Assembly: GCA_009784525.1 (NCBI GenBank)
Contig: WRBM01000004.1
Coordinates: forward strand, 13,083-77,082
Source of the DNA: Erysipelotrichales bacterium
GTDB taxonomy: Bacteria > Bacillota_I > Bacilli_A > Acholeplasmatales > WRBM01
Length of the DNA stretch: 64,000 bases
Direction of reading: 5' to 3'
In this document: positions 47,828 to 57,091 of the stretch, one piece after another
Layout: every line of letters begins with the position of its first letter
How positions within the stretch are numbered: the stretch's first letter is position 1
Program-made: the position numbers and the translations under genes
The notes under the pieces: model-generated
Seen by the model: the letters and a program-made list of their open reading frames with translations, nothing else
The model's database searches: none
What the model was told of the DNA's origin: nothing

Positions 47828-49387
47828 TTGCTTATGAGGAAAGAACGATCAAATTTTATTAAAGAAGCCAAGGTCTTAGGTGCCGGGATTTTTATTAGCC
47901 GGCTTTTAGGCTTGCTTTTTGTGTTTCCCTTTGCCAAGATGATTGGTCCGGCAGGAGTTTCCTTATATACTTATGCTTATGTGCCCTATACTCTATTTTT
48001 AGATCTTTCCAGTTTAGGAATTCCAATGGGATTAAGTAAGCTCGTTGCGAGATATAATGCTGAAGATAATCAAGATATGAGTCGCTTAATCTTTAAAGTC
48101 AGTCTTTTGATTATGGGCGCAGTTGGTTTTATAAGTTTTATTTTGATTAATTTACTAGCTCCTTTCTATGCACGAATGGTTTTGGCTGGTAATGACTCGC
48201 TTTTAAATCATTTTAATGATGTCGTAATGGTTATCAGAATTGTCAGTCTGCCTCTTTTGATTGTGCCGATAATTTCTGTAATTCGTGGTTTCTTCCAAGG
48301 TAATTTCTATTTTTATCCAACGGCTGTTTCTCAAGTAATTGAACAAATTGTCAGGGTAACTTTTATTCTTGGTGCCACTTATATTGTTTTATATCAATGG
48401 CAAAGAGCTTACACAGAAGCGGTCAACTATTCCGTTTTAGCCGCTTTTTTAGGTGGTTTATTTGCGTTAGCTTATTTGCTTATTGAACTAAAAAGACGCA
48501 ATCTCTGGAATTTTAAGACAAAAGAAAAAAAGAGCAGAAGCGTTATTAAACAGATTGTTAAATATTCTATTCCATTCGCTTTGTTTGGTATCTCATTTTC
48601 GGTCTTTCAAATGATTGACAGCTTATTTTTTAACAGTGCAATGCTTAAAAATGGTGTTACGAATCCGGAGTTTTACTATGGAATTTATTCTTTTAATGTG
48701 CAAAAATTAGTATTTATTCCGATTTCTTTGTTTCTTTGTTTAGGAACGACAATTATGCCAGATATAACTCAGGATGTCGCAATTAAAGATTTTGATCAAA
48801 TTCAAATGAAAACAGAAAAGTCCTTTCAATGGATTTTTTGGCTTTTAATCCCTTTGACATTTTTCACATTTTTTCATAGTCAGTCAATTTATAATGTTTT
48901 TTACACGCCTGAACAATTAGGTGGAGCAGTCTTAAGAATTTATGCTTTCTTGATTATTATTATAGTTATTAATGGTTTATTAGTTAATATCTTACAAGGC
49001 TTAAATGTTTTAAAAGCTACGATTGTTGCGATCATTGCCGGGCTTATTGTTAAATTCTTATTGTGCTATATTTTAATTCGTTACTTTGGCTTTGCAGGAG
49101 CGATTCTTTCCAGTCTGCTAGGCTTTGGTGTAACAATTTTAGTAAATCTGCATAATTTAAGAAAGAGTTCAGCATTAAAAAGCCAGACAATTGCCTATGC
49201 ATTTAAATGTCTTTTGATTAGCACCTTGGCAATACTGGTAGTTTTAGGCCTTAATCATTTTCTGCCGATAAATGTTGAAAGCTATCTGACTAATTTTATA
49301 GGTCTAGGAATTTATTTTGCAATTTTTGCGATTATTTATTTTTCTGTTAGTTTTAAAGCACATTTATGGCCGAAAAAAATAAAATAA
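47828..49387 (+). CDS. MOP-superfamily polysaccharide/lipid-II flippase (SpoVB/YtgP/MurJ-like)
   Basis: About 14 TM helices, 519 aa. N-terminal GAGIFISRLLGLLFVFPFAKMIGPAG, typical of this family. Confidence 0.7.
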   Translation: MLMRKERSNFIKEAKVLGAGIFISRLLGLLFVFPFAKMIGPAGVSLYTYAYVPYTLFLDLSSLGIPMGLSKLVARYNAEDNQDMSRLIFKVSLLIMGAVGFISFILINLLAPFYARMVLAGNDSLLNHFNDVVMVIRIVSLPLLIVPIISVIRGFFQGNFYFYPTAVSQVIEQIVRVTFILGATYIVLYQWQRAYTEAVNYSVLAAFLGGLFALAYLLIELKRRNLWNFKTKEKKSRSVIKQIVKYSIPFALFGISFSVFQMIDSLFFNSAMLKNGVTNPEFYYGIYSFNVQKLVFIPISLFLCLGTTIMPDITQDVAIKDFDQIQMKTEKSFQWIFWLLIPLTFFTFFHSQSIYNVFYTPEQLGGAVLRIYAFLIIIIVINGLLVNILQGLNVLKATIVAIIAGLIVKFLLCYILIRYFGFAGAILSSLLGFGVTILVNLHNLRKSSALKSQTIAYAFKCLLISTLAILVVLGLNHFLPINVESYLTNFIGLGIYFAIFAIIYFSVSFKAHLWPKKIK

Positions 49388-49400
49388 TAGTAGAGGGGGT

Positions 49401-49901
49401 TTGACTATGGGAAAAAGTGTTCAGGAATTCAGAGAGTTTATCAAAGATTATCCTAAAATCAAACAAGAAGTGCAAGAAGGTAAAACCAAATGGCAAAATG
49501 TTTATGAAGATTGGGTAATTTTAGGACCGGAAGATTCTAAATGGTCTAGTTACAAAAGCGAAGATAGTAGTCCTTTTCAAACAAACAGTGCTCCTAACAA
49601 TACCTTTGAAAATTCCCCATTCAATACAGCTAAAAAAGAAACATCCACGCAATCAGAAACAAAAAAAGAAGCTACCGGTAAGTTTAATATGGCTCAGACA
49701 AGTGAACTTGTTAAAAGTGCCTATGGCTATATCAAAAAAGTTAATACCGATCAGGTTGTTAAAACATTGAGTAATGCTCAGAAAGTTATGGGACTTGTTC
49801 AAGGCTTTATCGGTGGCGGCATGGCTGGGGCAGGCTTAGGAGCTCTGAAAAAGAGTACCGGAGATCCACTTTTTGATAAAAAATTTGATGAGTGGTACTA
49901 A
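49401..49901 (+). CDS. Hypothetical protein (possibly YlbD-like)
   Basis: N-terminus SVQEFREFIKDYPKIKQEVQEGKTKWQNVYEDWVILGPED. The assignment to the YlbD family comes from memory of the motif and is tentative. Confidence 0.4.
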   Translation: MTMGKSVQEFREFIKDYPKIKQEVQEGKTKWQNVYEDWVILGPEDSKWSSYKSEDSSPFQTNSAPNNTFENSPFNTAKKETSTQSETKKEATGKFNMAQTSELVKSAYGYIKKVNTDQVVKTLSNAQKVMGLVQGFIGGGMAGAGLGALKKSTGDPLFDKKFDEWY

Positions 49902-50125
49902 TGACAAAAGAAATCTTAACGCAGTTATATGCCCAACCAGAAGTTCTTAATTATTTACGCTTTAATCCGGAATGGTATAAAATTCTTTATCATCAACCAG
50001 AACGATATAAAGAGTTTGAAGAAGAAGCGAAGTCACATCTTAAAATCAGAACTTATGATAAGATTGAAAATTTTAAGAATCAATTGAGTTTTTTATCGTC
50101 AATCATTGCTTACGCAACTAAATAA
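49892..50125 (+). CDS. Small hypothetical protein (possibly YlbE-like)
   Basis: 77 aa; PEWYKILYHQPERYKEFEEE. Tentative family call. Confidence 0.35.
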   Translation: MVLMTKEILTQLYAQPEVLNYLRFNPEWYKILYHQPERYKEFEEEAKSHLKIRTYDKIENFKNQLSFLSSIIAYATK

Positions 50126-50196
50126 ATTAATTTTCTGCTAAAATTTTTTTAGCGGAATTTTTTATTTTATGATATAATTTTTACAGGTGGATTTTT

Positions 50197-50562
50197 ATGG
50201 GATATACAAAAGTTCTGATGCTTGCGAAAAATATTGGTGAGGATTTAAGGAAAACGCCGGAAGTGATTCGCTATAAGACTTTAGAAGAAGTACTAATTAC
50301 ATCTTTAAAGTGGCAGAAATACCATGAAGCTCTCAAACAATATGAAGCTGATAAAAATAACAAAGAAATCTTGATTCAGGCTAAAAAAGAATTTCAAGAT
50401 GAAAATTATCAGGAATATATTCGAATCGAACAAAAAATAAATCATTATCTAGGTGATATTAATGAGCGGATTGCTAGAGCAATTTCGGTTAATATCAGCT
50501 ATTTGAACCAAATCGGTATAAAAGAAGGCGGTAAGGATTCATGTTCAAAAGAAAATCATTAA
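50197..50562 (+). CDS. YlbF/YmcA/YheA-family (UPF0342) helical protein, tentative
   Basis: 121 aa helical protein. Pattern and position after the ylbD/E-like ORFs are consistent with the YlbF family. Confidence 0.4.
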   Translation: MGYTKVLMLAKNIGEDLRKTPEVIRYKTLEEVLITSLKWQKYHEALKQYEADKNNKEILIQAKKEFQDENYQEYIRIEQKINHYLGDINERIARAISVNISYLNQIGIKEGGKDSCSKENH

Positions 50563-50765
50563 TTGTTTTTTACAATAACAATCAAGCTTTATCAACACTC
50601 GAAAGCTTAAATGTTAATCTGGTTTATAAATCAGAACGGCTTAGCTATGCAGTAATCTACTTTGACGAAGAACGCACTAAGCAAATTTTTGGCACTTTAA
50701 ATAATAACAGTCATATTACAGGAATAAGTGAATCGAAAACAAGTATGGAGCATATGTTTTTTTAA
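50541..50765 (+). CDS. UPF0298 / YlbG-family (DUF2129) protein
   Basis: MFKRKSLIVFYNNNQALSTLESLNVNLVYKSERLSYAVIYFDEE matches the UPF0298 pattern (R.GL.V.L.......L.KFG...Y.SK...Y...Y.N). Confidence 0.6.
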   Translation: MFKRKSLIVFYNNNQALSTLESLNVNLVYKSERLSYAVIYFDEERTKQIFGTLNNNSHITGISESKTSMEHMFF

Positions 50766-50781
50766 TATAGGGTGAAGAAAA

Positions 50782-51597
50782 ATGATTTATGATATCTATC
50801 TTCAAAGTTTACCTGATTACTATATAACTAAAGAAAACTTTAATCAATCTTTAAAGCCGGAAAAAGCGAAAACTTTTTTCGCCTATGATAAAGAAAAAAT
50901 CGTTGGTTTTACACTGGTTCATAAAAATCATCTAACTTTAATTTGTGTTTTGCCTGCTTATCAAAGACAAAAATACGGAACAAAAATGTTAAAAAAAGCA
51001 GAAGAATTTATTCTTGAATCTGGCTATTCTAAAATTAATTTAGGTGGTGGCCCAGCTAGTATCTTTCAAGGCGCAACTATTAATTCCAAGCCCTTTTTTG
51101 AGTCTTTTGGCTATAAAGCCAATTGGACAAGCGTTAATATGATGCTTGCGATAAAAGATTTTTCTTTGAAAAATGTTAATATTCCGGCAGTAGAAACTAA
51201 TATTTCTTTTCGCTTAGCAAAAGAAACCGATAAAATAGAACTTTTAAAAGCGGTTAATGACGCAGATAGCTCTTGGCTGGAAATTTTTAAAAACTGCACT
51301 GAGCCTGTTTTATTAGCAATTGAAGATAATAAAAAGATTGTTGGTTTTGAAATATTTTCTAATGCCAGATTCAAACAAGGATATCAAAAGGCTTCAGCAC
51401 TTGGTTGTGTTGGGGTTATTCAAAGTGCCAGACAAAAAGGAATTGGCAGAAGAATGGTACTGGAAGGGATTATTCGACTAAAAGAACAAGGCGTTGAGGC
51501 AATTGAATTATTATATGTAGCATTAGTTGATTGGTATGGTAGGTTAGGTTTTAAGGTTGTTTCTGAACAATGGATGGCTGAAAAAATAATAAAATAG
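50782..51597 (+). CDS. GNAT-family N-acetyltransferase (tandem GNAT-like halves)
   Basis: ICVLPAYQRQKYGTKMLKKAE and GVIQSARQKGIGRRMVLEGI acetyl-CoA-binding motifs. Confidence 0.7.
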   Translation: MIYDIYLQSLPDYYITKENFNQSLKPEKAKTFFAYDKEKIVGFTLVHKNHLTLICVLPAYQRQKYGTKMLKKAEEFILESGYSKINLGGGPASIFQGATINSKPFFESFGYKANWTSVNMMLAIKDFSLKNVNIPAVETNISFRLAKETDKIELLKAVNDADSSWLEIFKNCTEPVLLAIEDNKKIVGFEIFSNARFKQGYQKASALGCVGVIQSARQKGIGRRMVLEGIIRLKEQGVEAIELLYVALVDWYGRLGFKVVSEQWMAEKIIK

Positions 51598-51849
51598 ACA
51601 GGCACTTTATCTCTTTTTCCATGTCGATGTGCCAGCCCCAAATGCGAGCCAGAAGTTTATAAGTCACAAGAATAATAAAAGAGACAATCAAATAAATGAA
51701 TAAAATGCGGTATAACTCAAACCAAAATAACAAAAATGCAGCTCCGGCCGTAAAATTAAAAACAAGAAGAAGCTTATTTTTGGGCGGTTACAAATTTTTA
51801 AAAATAAATCTCTGAAAAATATTCTAATATTTGTTTCATGCGCTAGTCT

Positions 51850-52256
51850 CTATTTTTCAAGTCTCAAGATTTCCTCTTGTTGTTTTATGATGATTTCATT
51901 TTGCATAATTGTTTCGTTTAGTGTGACTTTAGGGCTTAAAATCTCGATATCGGTATAGGCATCATTAACATAATTAGGGAAAAGAAACCTGCTTAATGTA
52001 ATTTTTCTTGAAATAGTTTTAAAACGTCCGCATTCAAGTTTGATTTTTTCATTTTCGCGTGCAATTAATCCAACTTTTTCAAATCTTTCCAAATGTCCCC
52101 TAAATTTCTTACGCTTATTCGCAACAAACGAGCCAGTTCTTTGTTTCCAGACGTAATAACATAATAGCTATTTGCTTAAAAATATTTGCAAAATTTTTCC
52201 AATAATTCATTATATTCTTTTAATTTTTCATAATCTCTAGTCGATTTATCCATAAA
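51850..52256 (-). pseudogene. Disrupted winged-helix transcriptional regulator (N-terminal piece stops early; HTH split by a 1-nt frame change)
   Basis: Minus strand: MDKSTRDYEKLKEYNELLEKFCKYF-stop. Then ...NKELARLLRISVRNLGDIWKDLKKLD-stop in one frame, overlapping LERFEKVGLIARENEKIKLECGRFKTISRK... in the adjacent frame. Together they read as a MarR/Rrf2-like wHTH. Confidence 0.35.
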
Positions 52257-52529
52257 AATACTCCTTTAATCAGATTAAAAACAAAAAAGGCAAACGCAAA
52301 AAAGTTCAACCTTTTGAAATATTAAATTTTTTTGGTAATTTTAAAGCTTTCCGCAACATTATTATATCAAAAATTAAATAATGTATTATTAAATAATTTT
52401 TGCATTTATTTTACTTAACTATTATACAAAATTCGATTTTTATTGCCTTTATTTCATTTTCATAATATAATAATTCTGACAAAGCAATTTCATATAATTG
52501 AAAGAATCATAAAAAGGGGTGAATTAGAA

Positions 52530-53084
52530 GTGAATAAAAAAAATGTAATAATAGCTGCACTATTAATTATATTTAGTTTTTTAGCATTAAGCGCTTGTAG
52601 TTCAAACAATGGAAGAATTAAAGGTAGTGATGGAGCACAATATAGTGCTCGATTTTACAGACCATTTTTAGATTTTTTTGTTGTAAATGATGATTTGACA
52701 TTAGTTTCTAATATACAAGAATTAAGTCTTTGGCATAAAAATATAATGGAGGAACATAGTAATCAATTGAATAAAATTGATGGACTTCATCCTGAAGTTA
52801 TAGAGCAACGGAAAAAGGATTTTAATAATTTCATTTATAGTATTATAAAAAATCATGGAAAAGATTTTTTTGAGACTAATCAACTCATAATAATGCCTGT
52901 ATTACGCTCCGATGCTTCCGAATCATTTGAAGTTAGAAGAATAAGTTATTATAATTCTGCGTTAACAATTGATTTAAGAACAAGACGAAGAAGTGGAAAT
53001 CATGAAGGAGTGTCAATTTTTTTCGGGATTATTGAGATAACTAGGTTTTCAACAGACTTAATTTTGAATTTAAATATAGAATAA
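52530..53084 (+). CDS. Hypothetical lipoprotein
   Basis: GTG start after AAAAGGGGTG. Signal peptide + lipobox LSAC. Very AT-rich. Confidence 0.5.
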   Translation: MNKKNVIIAALLIIFSFLALSACSSNNGRIKGSDGAQYSARFYRPFLDFFVVNDDLTLVSNIQELSLWHKNIMEEHSNQLNKIDGLHPEVIEQRKKDFNNFIYSIIKNHGKDFFETNQLIIMPVLRSDASESFEVRRISYYNSALTIDLRTRRRSGNHEGVSIFFGIIEITRFSTDLILNLNIE

Positions 53085-53097
53085 ATTGGAGAAAAAA

Positions 53098-53739
53098 ATG
53101 CGAGATATTTGCTTTACTAAAATGAAAATAACATTATTTACTGTTGTATTTTTTGTCATGGTAACCATTTTTTTAGTAGGTATAAACAATATTAAAATTA
53201 ATGCAAAATCAAATTCATCAGTCGAATTATTTTCTTATTCTTATTTTTCAAATATGGACAATAGCACTAGACTTGTACAAGAAGTTATGAGAGAAATTAG
53301 AACAGAATCTATATTAAGGAATGGTCAAACGCAATTTATATATACTGATAATTTTTCTGGTATTTTCATTGATAATCAAGGGTTGTTGAACATTGCTCTA
53401 GTTTCGGGATTATCGAGAAACATCTGGTATTCATTTATTGGAAACGACCAAATTATTTTTTTAGAAGCAACATACTCATACAACCATTTATCAATGATCA
53501 AGAATGTCATTTTGCCACTTATGGAAAAATATGAAATATTTGAATTAGGAGTTTGTGATAGATATAATCACGTCTTTGTATATTTGACTTGTAAATCAAA
53601 TTCATTTAAAATTATTAACTTTTTGCGGGAATATGGTATTTATAGTGAAAGTTCAATAAACTTTATTATTGATTCAAAAGGCATGCCGAAGCAAGAACTG
53701 CTTATGCTGGAAATGAAATACACCATCGCGGGAGCATAG
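53098..53739 (+). CDS. Signal-anchored hypothetical protein. Probably the N-terminal (pro/anchor) part of the downstream S1 protease gene, separated by a frameshift.
   Basis: N-terminal TM/signal anchor. Its last 67 nt overlap the open upstream extension of the protease frame. Confidence 0.5.
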   Translation: MRDICFTKMKITLFTVVFFVMVTIFLVGINNIKINAKSNSSVELFSYSYFSNMDNSTRLVQEVMREIRTESILRNGQTQFIYTDNFSGIFIDNQGLLNIALVSGLSRNIWYSFIGNDQIIFLEATYSYNHLSMIKNVILPLMEKYEIFELGVCDRYNHVFVYLTCKSNSFKIINFLREYGIYSESSINFIIDSKGMPKQELLMLEMKYTIAGA

Positions 53740-55730
53740 GAGCGAATGCAATTTGCAATATTTCAGGAAGATTCGGAATTTTGACCAATGAACATGTTGC
53801 ATGGACTCAACATAATTTTAATTTGAGTCATTTTAATCCCTTGGATAGGACTTCACTTGCTATAAATAGAGGTGGAGACCCAGATGCAAGAGGAGTGCAC
53901 GGAAGTGAGATACCAAACTATATTGCGACTATTGACGCCGCATTCGTACCATTTGCTGATCCAAGCCGTTGGAATCCAACAGCCTACGCAAGAACATCTA
54001 GAGAAACTTATACGAATATTAGATTAGGTAATGAAAGTCAAATTATCGATGGCAAATTAATAAGGCAAGTTGGATTTGCCACTGGAAGTACACCTGGCAC
54101 AATTACGCGCCGAAATACTACTGTATCTTCTTATAATGCTGAATTTAGTCTGTTTACAACAAGAAATAATGTTTTCCGGCATAATGCAGAAACAGCTGGT
54201 GGAGATAGCGGTGGACCAGTTTATTTTGTTGATGAGGAATCAGATACTTTATATTTGATTGGCTTGCATTTTACAGGAAGAAAAACACTTTTTGGAAATT
54301 TTTATGGACATGCTTGCCGAATATCAGAAGTAATAAGAATTCTTGATGTGACTCCAATAACCAACGATACACCACTTGGCTTGACAATTGAAGATAATGT
54401 TGTGACAGGTTATGTGCCACGTCCAAGCTTTAATGGACATATCAATGTTCCTGAAGGGGTAATTGCTATTGGTTCAGGAGCTTTTAAAAATCAAAACTCA
54501 ATTACAAGTGTTACTTTACCTAGAAGTTTAAGAACAATAGATAATCAAGCATTTGAGGGTTGCATAAATTTACAATCAGTAAGATTTGCACCTAATAGTG
54601 AGCTACAAACAATCGGAAACAATGCCTTTCGAGATTGTTGGCGATTAAGCGATTTTGAAATCCCCATGGGGGTACGAGAAATTGGCCACGATGCATTCCA
54701 GCACACACGATTAACTCATATTACCATACCAGGCTCGGTTACTTATATAGGCGCAAGAGCTTTCAGACATTCTCAACTAAGAACTGTTTATATATTAAGA
54801 CCATCATCTGAAATAGCATTCACAGGAACAGTTGCGGGAGGGTCACAAATCTTTGATGGAAATCACCATCAGTTAACTATAAGGTTTCCTGATTGTATAA
54901 GTTTAAGAGCATATTCAACAGCTTTTGGTTGGCGCGAATTTTCCGACCGAATGTGGTCTAATACCTATCTAAATCAAATTCATTTGGAATTAAATCAAAC
55001 TAGGAATATTGCGCAAGACTTAGTTTCTGGAAGAAGAGAGTATACATTCTTTAATGATAGTCCTAGATTTGTTCAAATAACATTATCCGGAACTGTTATG
55101 CCTTGGGATCGGATGATTGTTGTCCGTAATGGAAACAGACATCAAATTGAAGTGCTTGACGGTATGGGAATGGCTGAAAGCAGTATGTTTTCAACACAAG
55201 TTACAGTTTTTTTACCTAGTATCGGTAATTTCTTTATTGATGTTAATCATCTTAGTGGCTTTAATCAGATATTCTTACGAATTGAAGAAGCACAAAAGCA
55301 TCAAGTGGATTTTTCACCAAGCGCCCCGTTAAGATTAAATATTTTTAGAGGTGTATATGGTTCGGAAATGCATAGAGTTGTGCTAACCCAAAATGCAAGG
55401 TTTAATGTTTCTATTCCAAATACACTAGGTTTGATATTTATTATTTACCGTTTTGATGGAGTTGGTTTTGATTTTAGTCAATCACATTGGTTTTTTAATG
55501 GTGGTAATGATACTGTAACTTTACCAGCGGGTATATACTACATGGGCTATTTTAACGCACCACGTGGTTGGTCTGGAAATATTAATATTACAAGGATTAA
55601 TGTGCCTTTAATGTTTTCCATGAGTTTAATTTCAACAGAAATAAATCATAACGCATTGACAGATGAAGATTTTGAAATACTAAGAATAATTTTAAACAAA
55701 GATTTGAGAGAACAAGATGAAAGAATTTGA
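53673..55730 (+). CDS. Chymotrypsin-fold (S1, Trypsin_2-like) serine peptidase fused to BspA-type leucine-rich repeats. It has no start codon or signal peptide of its own.
   Basis: The frame is open from 53673 (after the in-frame TGA at 53670-53672; first candidate start is the TTG at 53781). GRFGILTNEHV (His motif), ATIDAAF (Asp candidate), AETAGGDSGGPVYF (Ser motif). Then LRR_5/BspA repeats (IGSGAFKNQNSITSVTLPRSLRTIDNQAFEGCINLQSVRF...). Confidence 0.7.
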   Translation, partial: FKRHAEARTAYAGNEIHHRGSIGANAICNISGRFGILTNEHVAWTQHNFNLSHFNPLDRTSLAINRGGDPDARGVHGSEIPNYIATIDAAFVPFADPSRWNPTAYARTSRETYTNIRLGNESQIIDGKLIRQVGFATGSTPGTITRRNTTVSSYNAEFSLFTTRNNVFRHNAETAGGDSGGPVYFVDEESDTLYLIGLHFTGRKTLFGNFYGHACRISEVIRILDVTPITNDTPLGLTIEDNVVTGYVPRPSFNGHINVPEGVIAIGSGAFKNQNSITSVTLPRSLRTIDNQAFEGCINLQSVRFAPNSELQTIGNNAFRDCWRLSDFEIPMGVREIGHDAFQHTRLTHITIPGSVTYIGARAFRHSQLRTVYILRPSSEIAFTGTVAGGSQIFDGNHHQLTIRFPDCISLRAYSTAFGWREFSDRMWSNTYLNQIHLELNQTRNIAQDLVSGRREYTFFNDSPRFVQITLSGTVMPWDRMIVVRNGNRHQIEVLDGMGMAESSMFSTQVTVFLPSIGNFFIDVNHLSGFNQIFLRIEEAQKHQVDFSPSAPLRLNIFRGVYGSEMHRVVLTQNARFNVSIPNTLGLIFIIYRFDGVGFDFSQSHWFFNGGNDTVTLPAGIYYMGYFNAPRGWSGNINITRINVPLMFSMSLISTEINHNALTDEDFEILRIILNKDLREQDERI

Positions 55731-55766
55731 GAAAAAAGCCTCCAAATTATGGAGACTTAAATTAAT

Positions 55767-56321
55767 TTATCTTGTGAATAATTCCCAGTACAGAGTAGTT
55801 AAAAGTTCGCTAAACTCAGGATCTAAAGCATCAAGATTATCATTCCAAATTGCCCCCTGTGTCACCCAACCGACAGTTTCACCGTTATTCCTTCTAAGGA
55901 TTGTTGGTACACGCATCATTGGAATATCATTATTTACACCAGTCATTTCTTCACTAGTAAAGGCTAACTTTTCAATTAAAGCCCTGTATCTTTCACCAGC
56001 TTCGGTTCTGATTGCCCGAATGTCAAAATAATAAATTCGTTCAAAACCAGCTTCTTTAGCTAAACGATTTACATAACCAATAGCACCCTGACAAAATGGA
56101 CATTCAAAAAAGGCAAAGAAAATAAGTATGTCGTTGTTGCTAGTTAAAACATTGTTCATTAAATCACTGTAACTTATTTGCACAAGAATATGGTTTGGAT
56201 CTCTTAAGTTCGGATAGGCTTCAAGTATTTCTTCGTGAGTTCTGATTTCGCAATCATCTGCATTTGAACTACAGCCTGTAAGAACAACAACCATTAATAA
56301 TAAAAAGATAATTTTTTTCAT
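55767..56321 (-). CDS. Thioredoxin-fold lipoprotein with CPFC active site
   Basis: Signal peptide + lipobox LTGC. FFECPFCQ (CxxC). Confidence 0.6.
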   Translation of the reverse strand: MKKIIFLLLMVVVLTGCSSNADDCEIRTHEEILEAYPNLRDPNHILVQISYSDLMNNVLTSNNDILIFFAFFECPFCQGAIGYVNRLAKEAGFERIYYFDIRAIRTEAGERYRALIEKLAFTSEEMTGVNNDIPMMRVPTILRRNNGETVGWVTQGAIWNDNLDALDPEFSELLTTLYWELFTR

Positions 56322-56503
56322 ATTTCCTCCTTGGATAACTATTCTAAATTATAAGAATATTATAGCATATCTTAATAATGATAGGCAATATTATATACAA
56401 TAAATATCGCTAGAATATCAAAGAAATATGGTAAATTATGTTATTTTAATAACAAAAGAACGCCTTATTATAGGCGTTCAATTTCTAATTATATAATAGG
56501 CAG

Positions 56504-56743
56504 TTACTCAATAAGTTGTGTCTTGTCTTCTAGTTCATCGTTGACTTTATCCTTCTTTTTGACAGAAAAACCAACAAGCATTCCAAACAGCAAACCAAAA
56601 GTTAAACCTATTGCGATGGAAATACCCATGTTTATACTTTCAACAAAAAGACCAATAAGCAAGCCAATCATCATGCCAAAAATCATTCCGTAACATAAAC
56701 CTTCGTTTATATAGTTTTTTTCCGAAGAATCTTTTTTGTCCAT
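56504..56743 (-). CDS. Small 2-TM membrane protein (79 aa)
   Basis: ATG at 56743 after GAGGAG. MDKKDSSEKNYINEGLCYGMIFGMMIGLLIGLF...GLTFGLLFGMLVGF. The 118-aa track ORF over-extends into the tRNA. Confidence 0.5.
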   Translation of the reverse strand: MDKKDSSEKNYINEGLCYGMIFGMMIGLLIGLFVESINMGISIAIGLTFGLLFGMLVGFSVKKKDKVNDELEDKTQLIE

Positions 56744-56791
56744 AATTATACTCCTCAAATTTGATTTTGTTGAATGTATTATATTGTTATC

Positions 56792-56866
56792 TGGTGGACC
56801 CGGAGGGATTTGAACCCCCGACCCTCTGCACGTCAAGCAGATGCTCTCCCACTGAGCCACGGATCC
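56792..56866 (-). tRNA. tRNA-Val (anticodon GAC), CCA encoded
   Basis: Reverse complement GGATCCGTGGCTCAGTGGGAGAGCATCTGCTTGACGTGCAGAGGGTCGGGGGTTCAAATCCCTCCGGGTCCACCA. The cloverleaf folds by hand with a 7-bp acceptor stem (one GU), D, anticodon (loop TTGACGT) and T arms (GGTTCAAATCC). Confidence 0.85.
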
Positions 56867-57091
56867 TTATTTTTACCTGAATGATATTATATCACATTTC
56901 CTTTTTAAATTAAAGAGCTTTTGATAATTTTTTATGTAAGTTGCTAGATAATAGATAATTCTGGTCAAAAAACTTACTCTTACAAATTTTTTTAACGGAG
57001 GGTTTAAGTGTCTAGTGTCGAATTAATTAAATTGACTAATCTTTATTGGCATGATAAAATTAGTTATGATATAACTTTTTGGAGGCTAATT

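Noticed and set aside
56504-56860. 118-aa ORF overlapping the tRNA-Val gene
   Set aside because: Its first 39 codons are the antisense of the tRNA. The protein-like part begins at the ATG at 56743, which has a GAGGAG RBS. I kept it as a 79-aa membrane protein.
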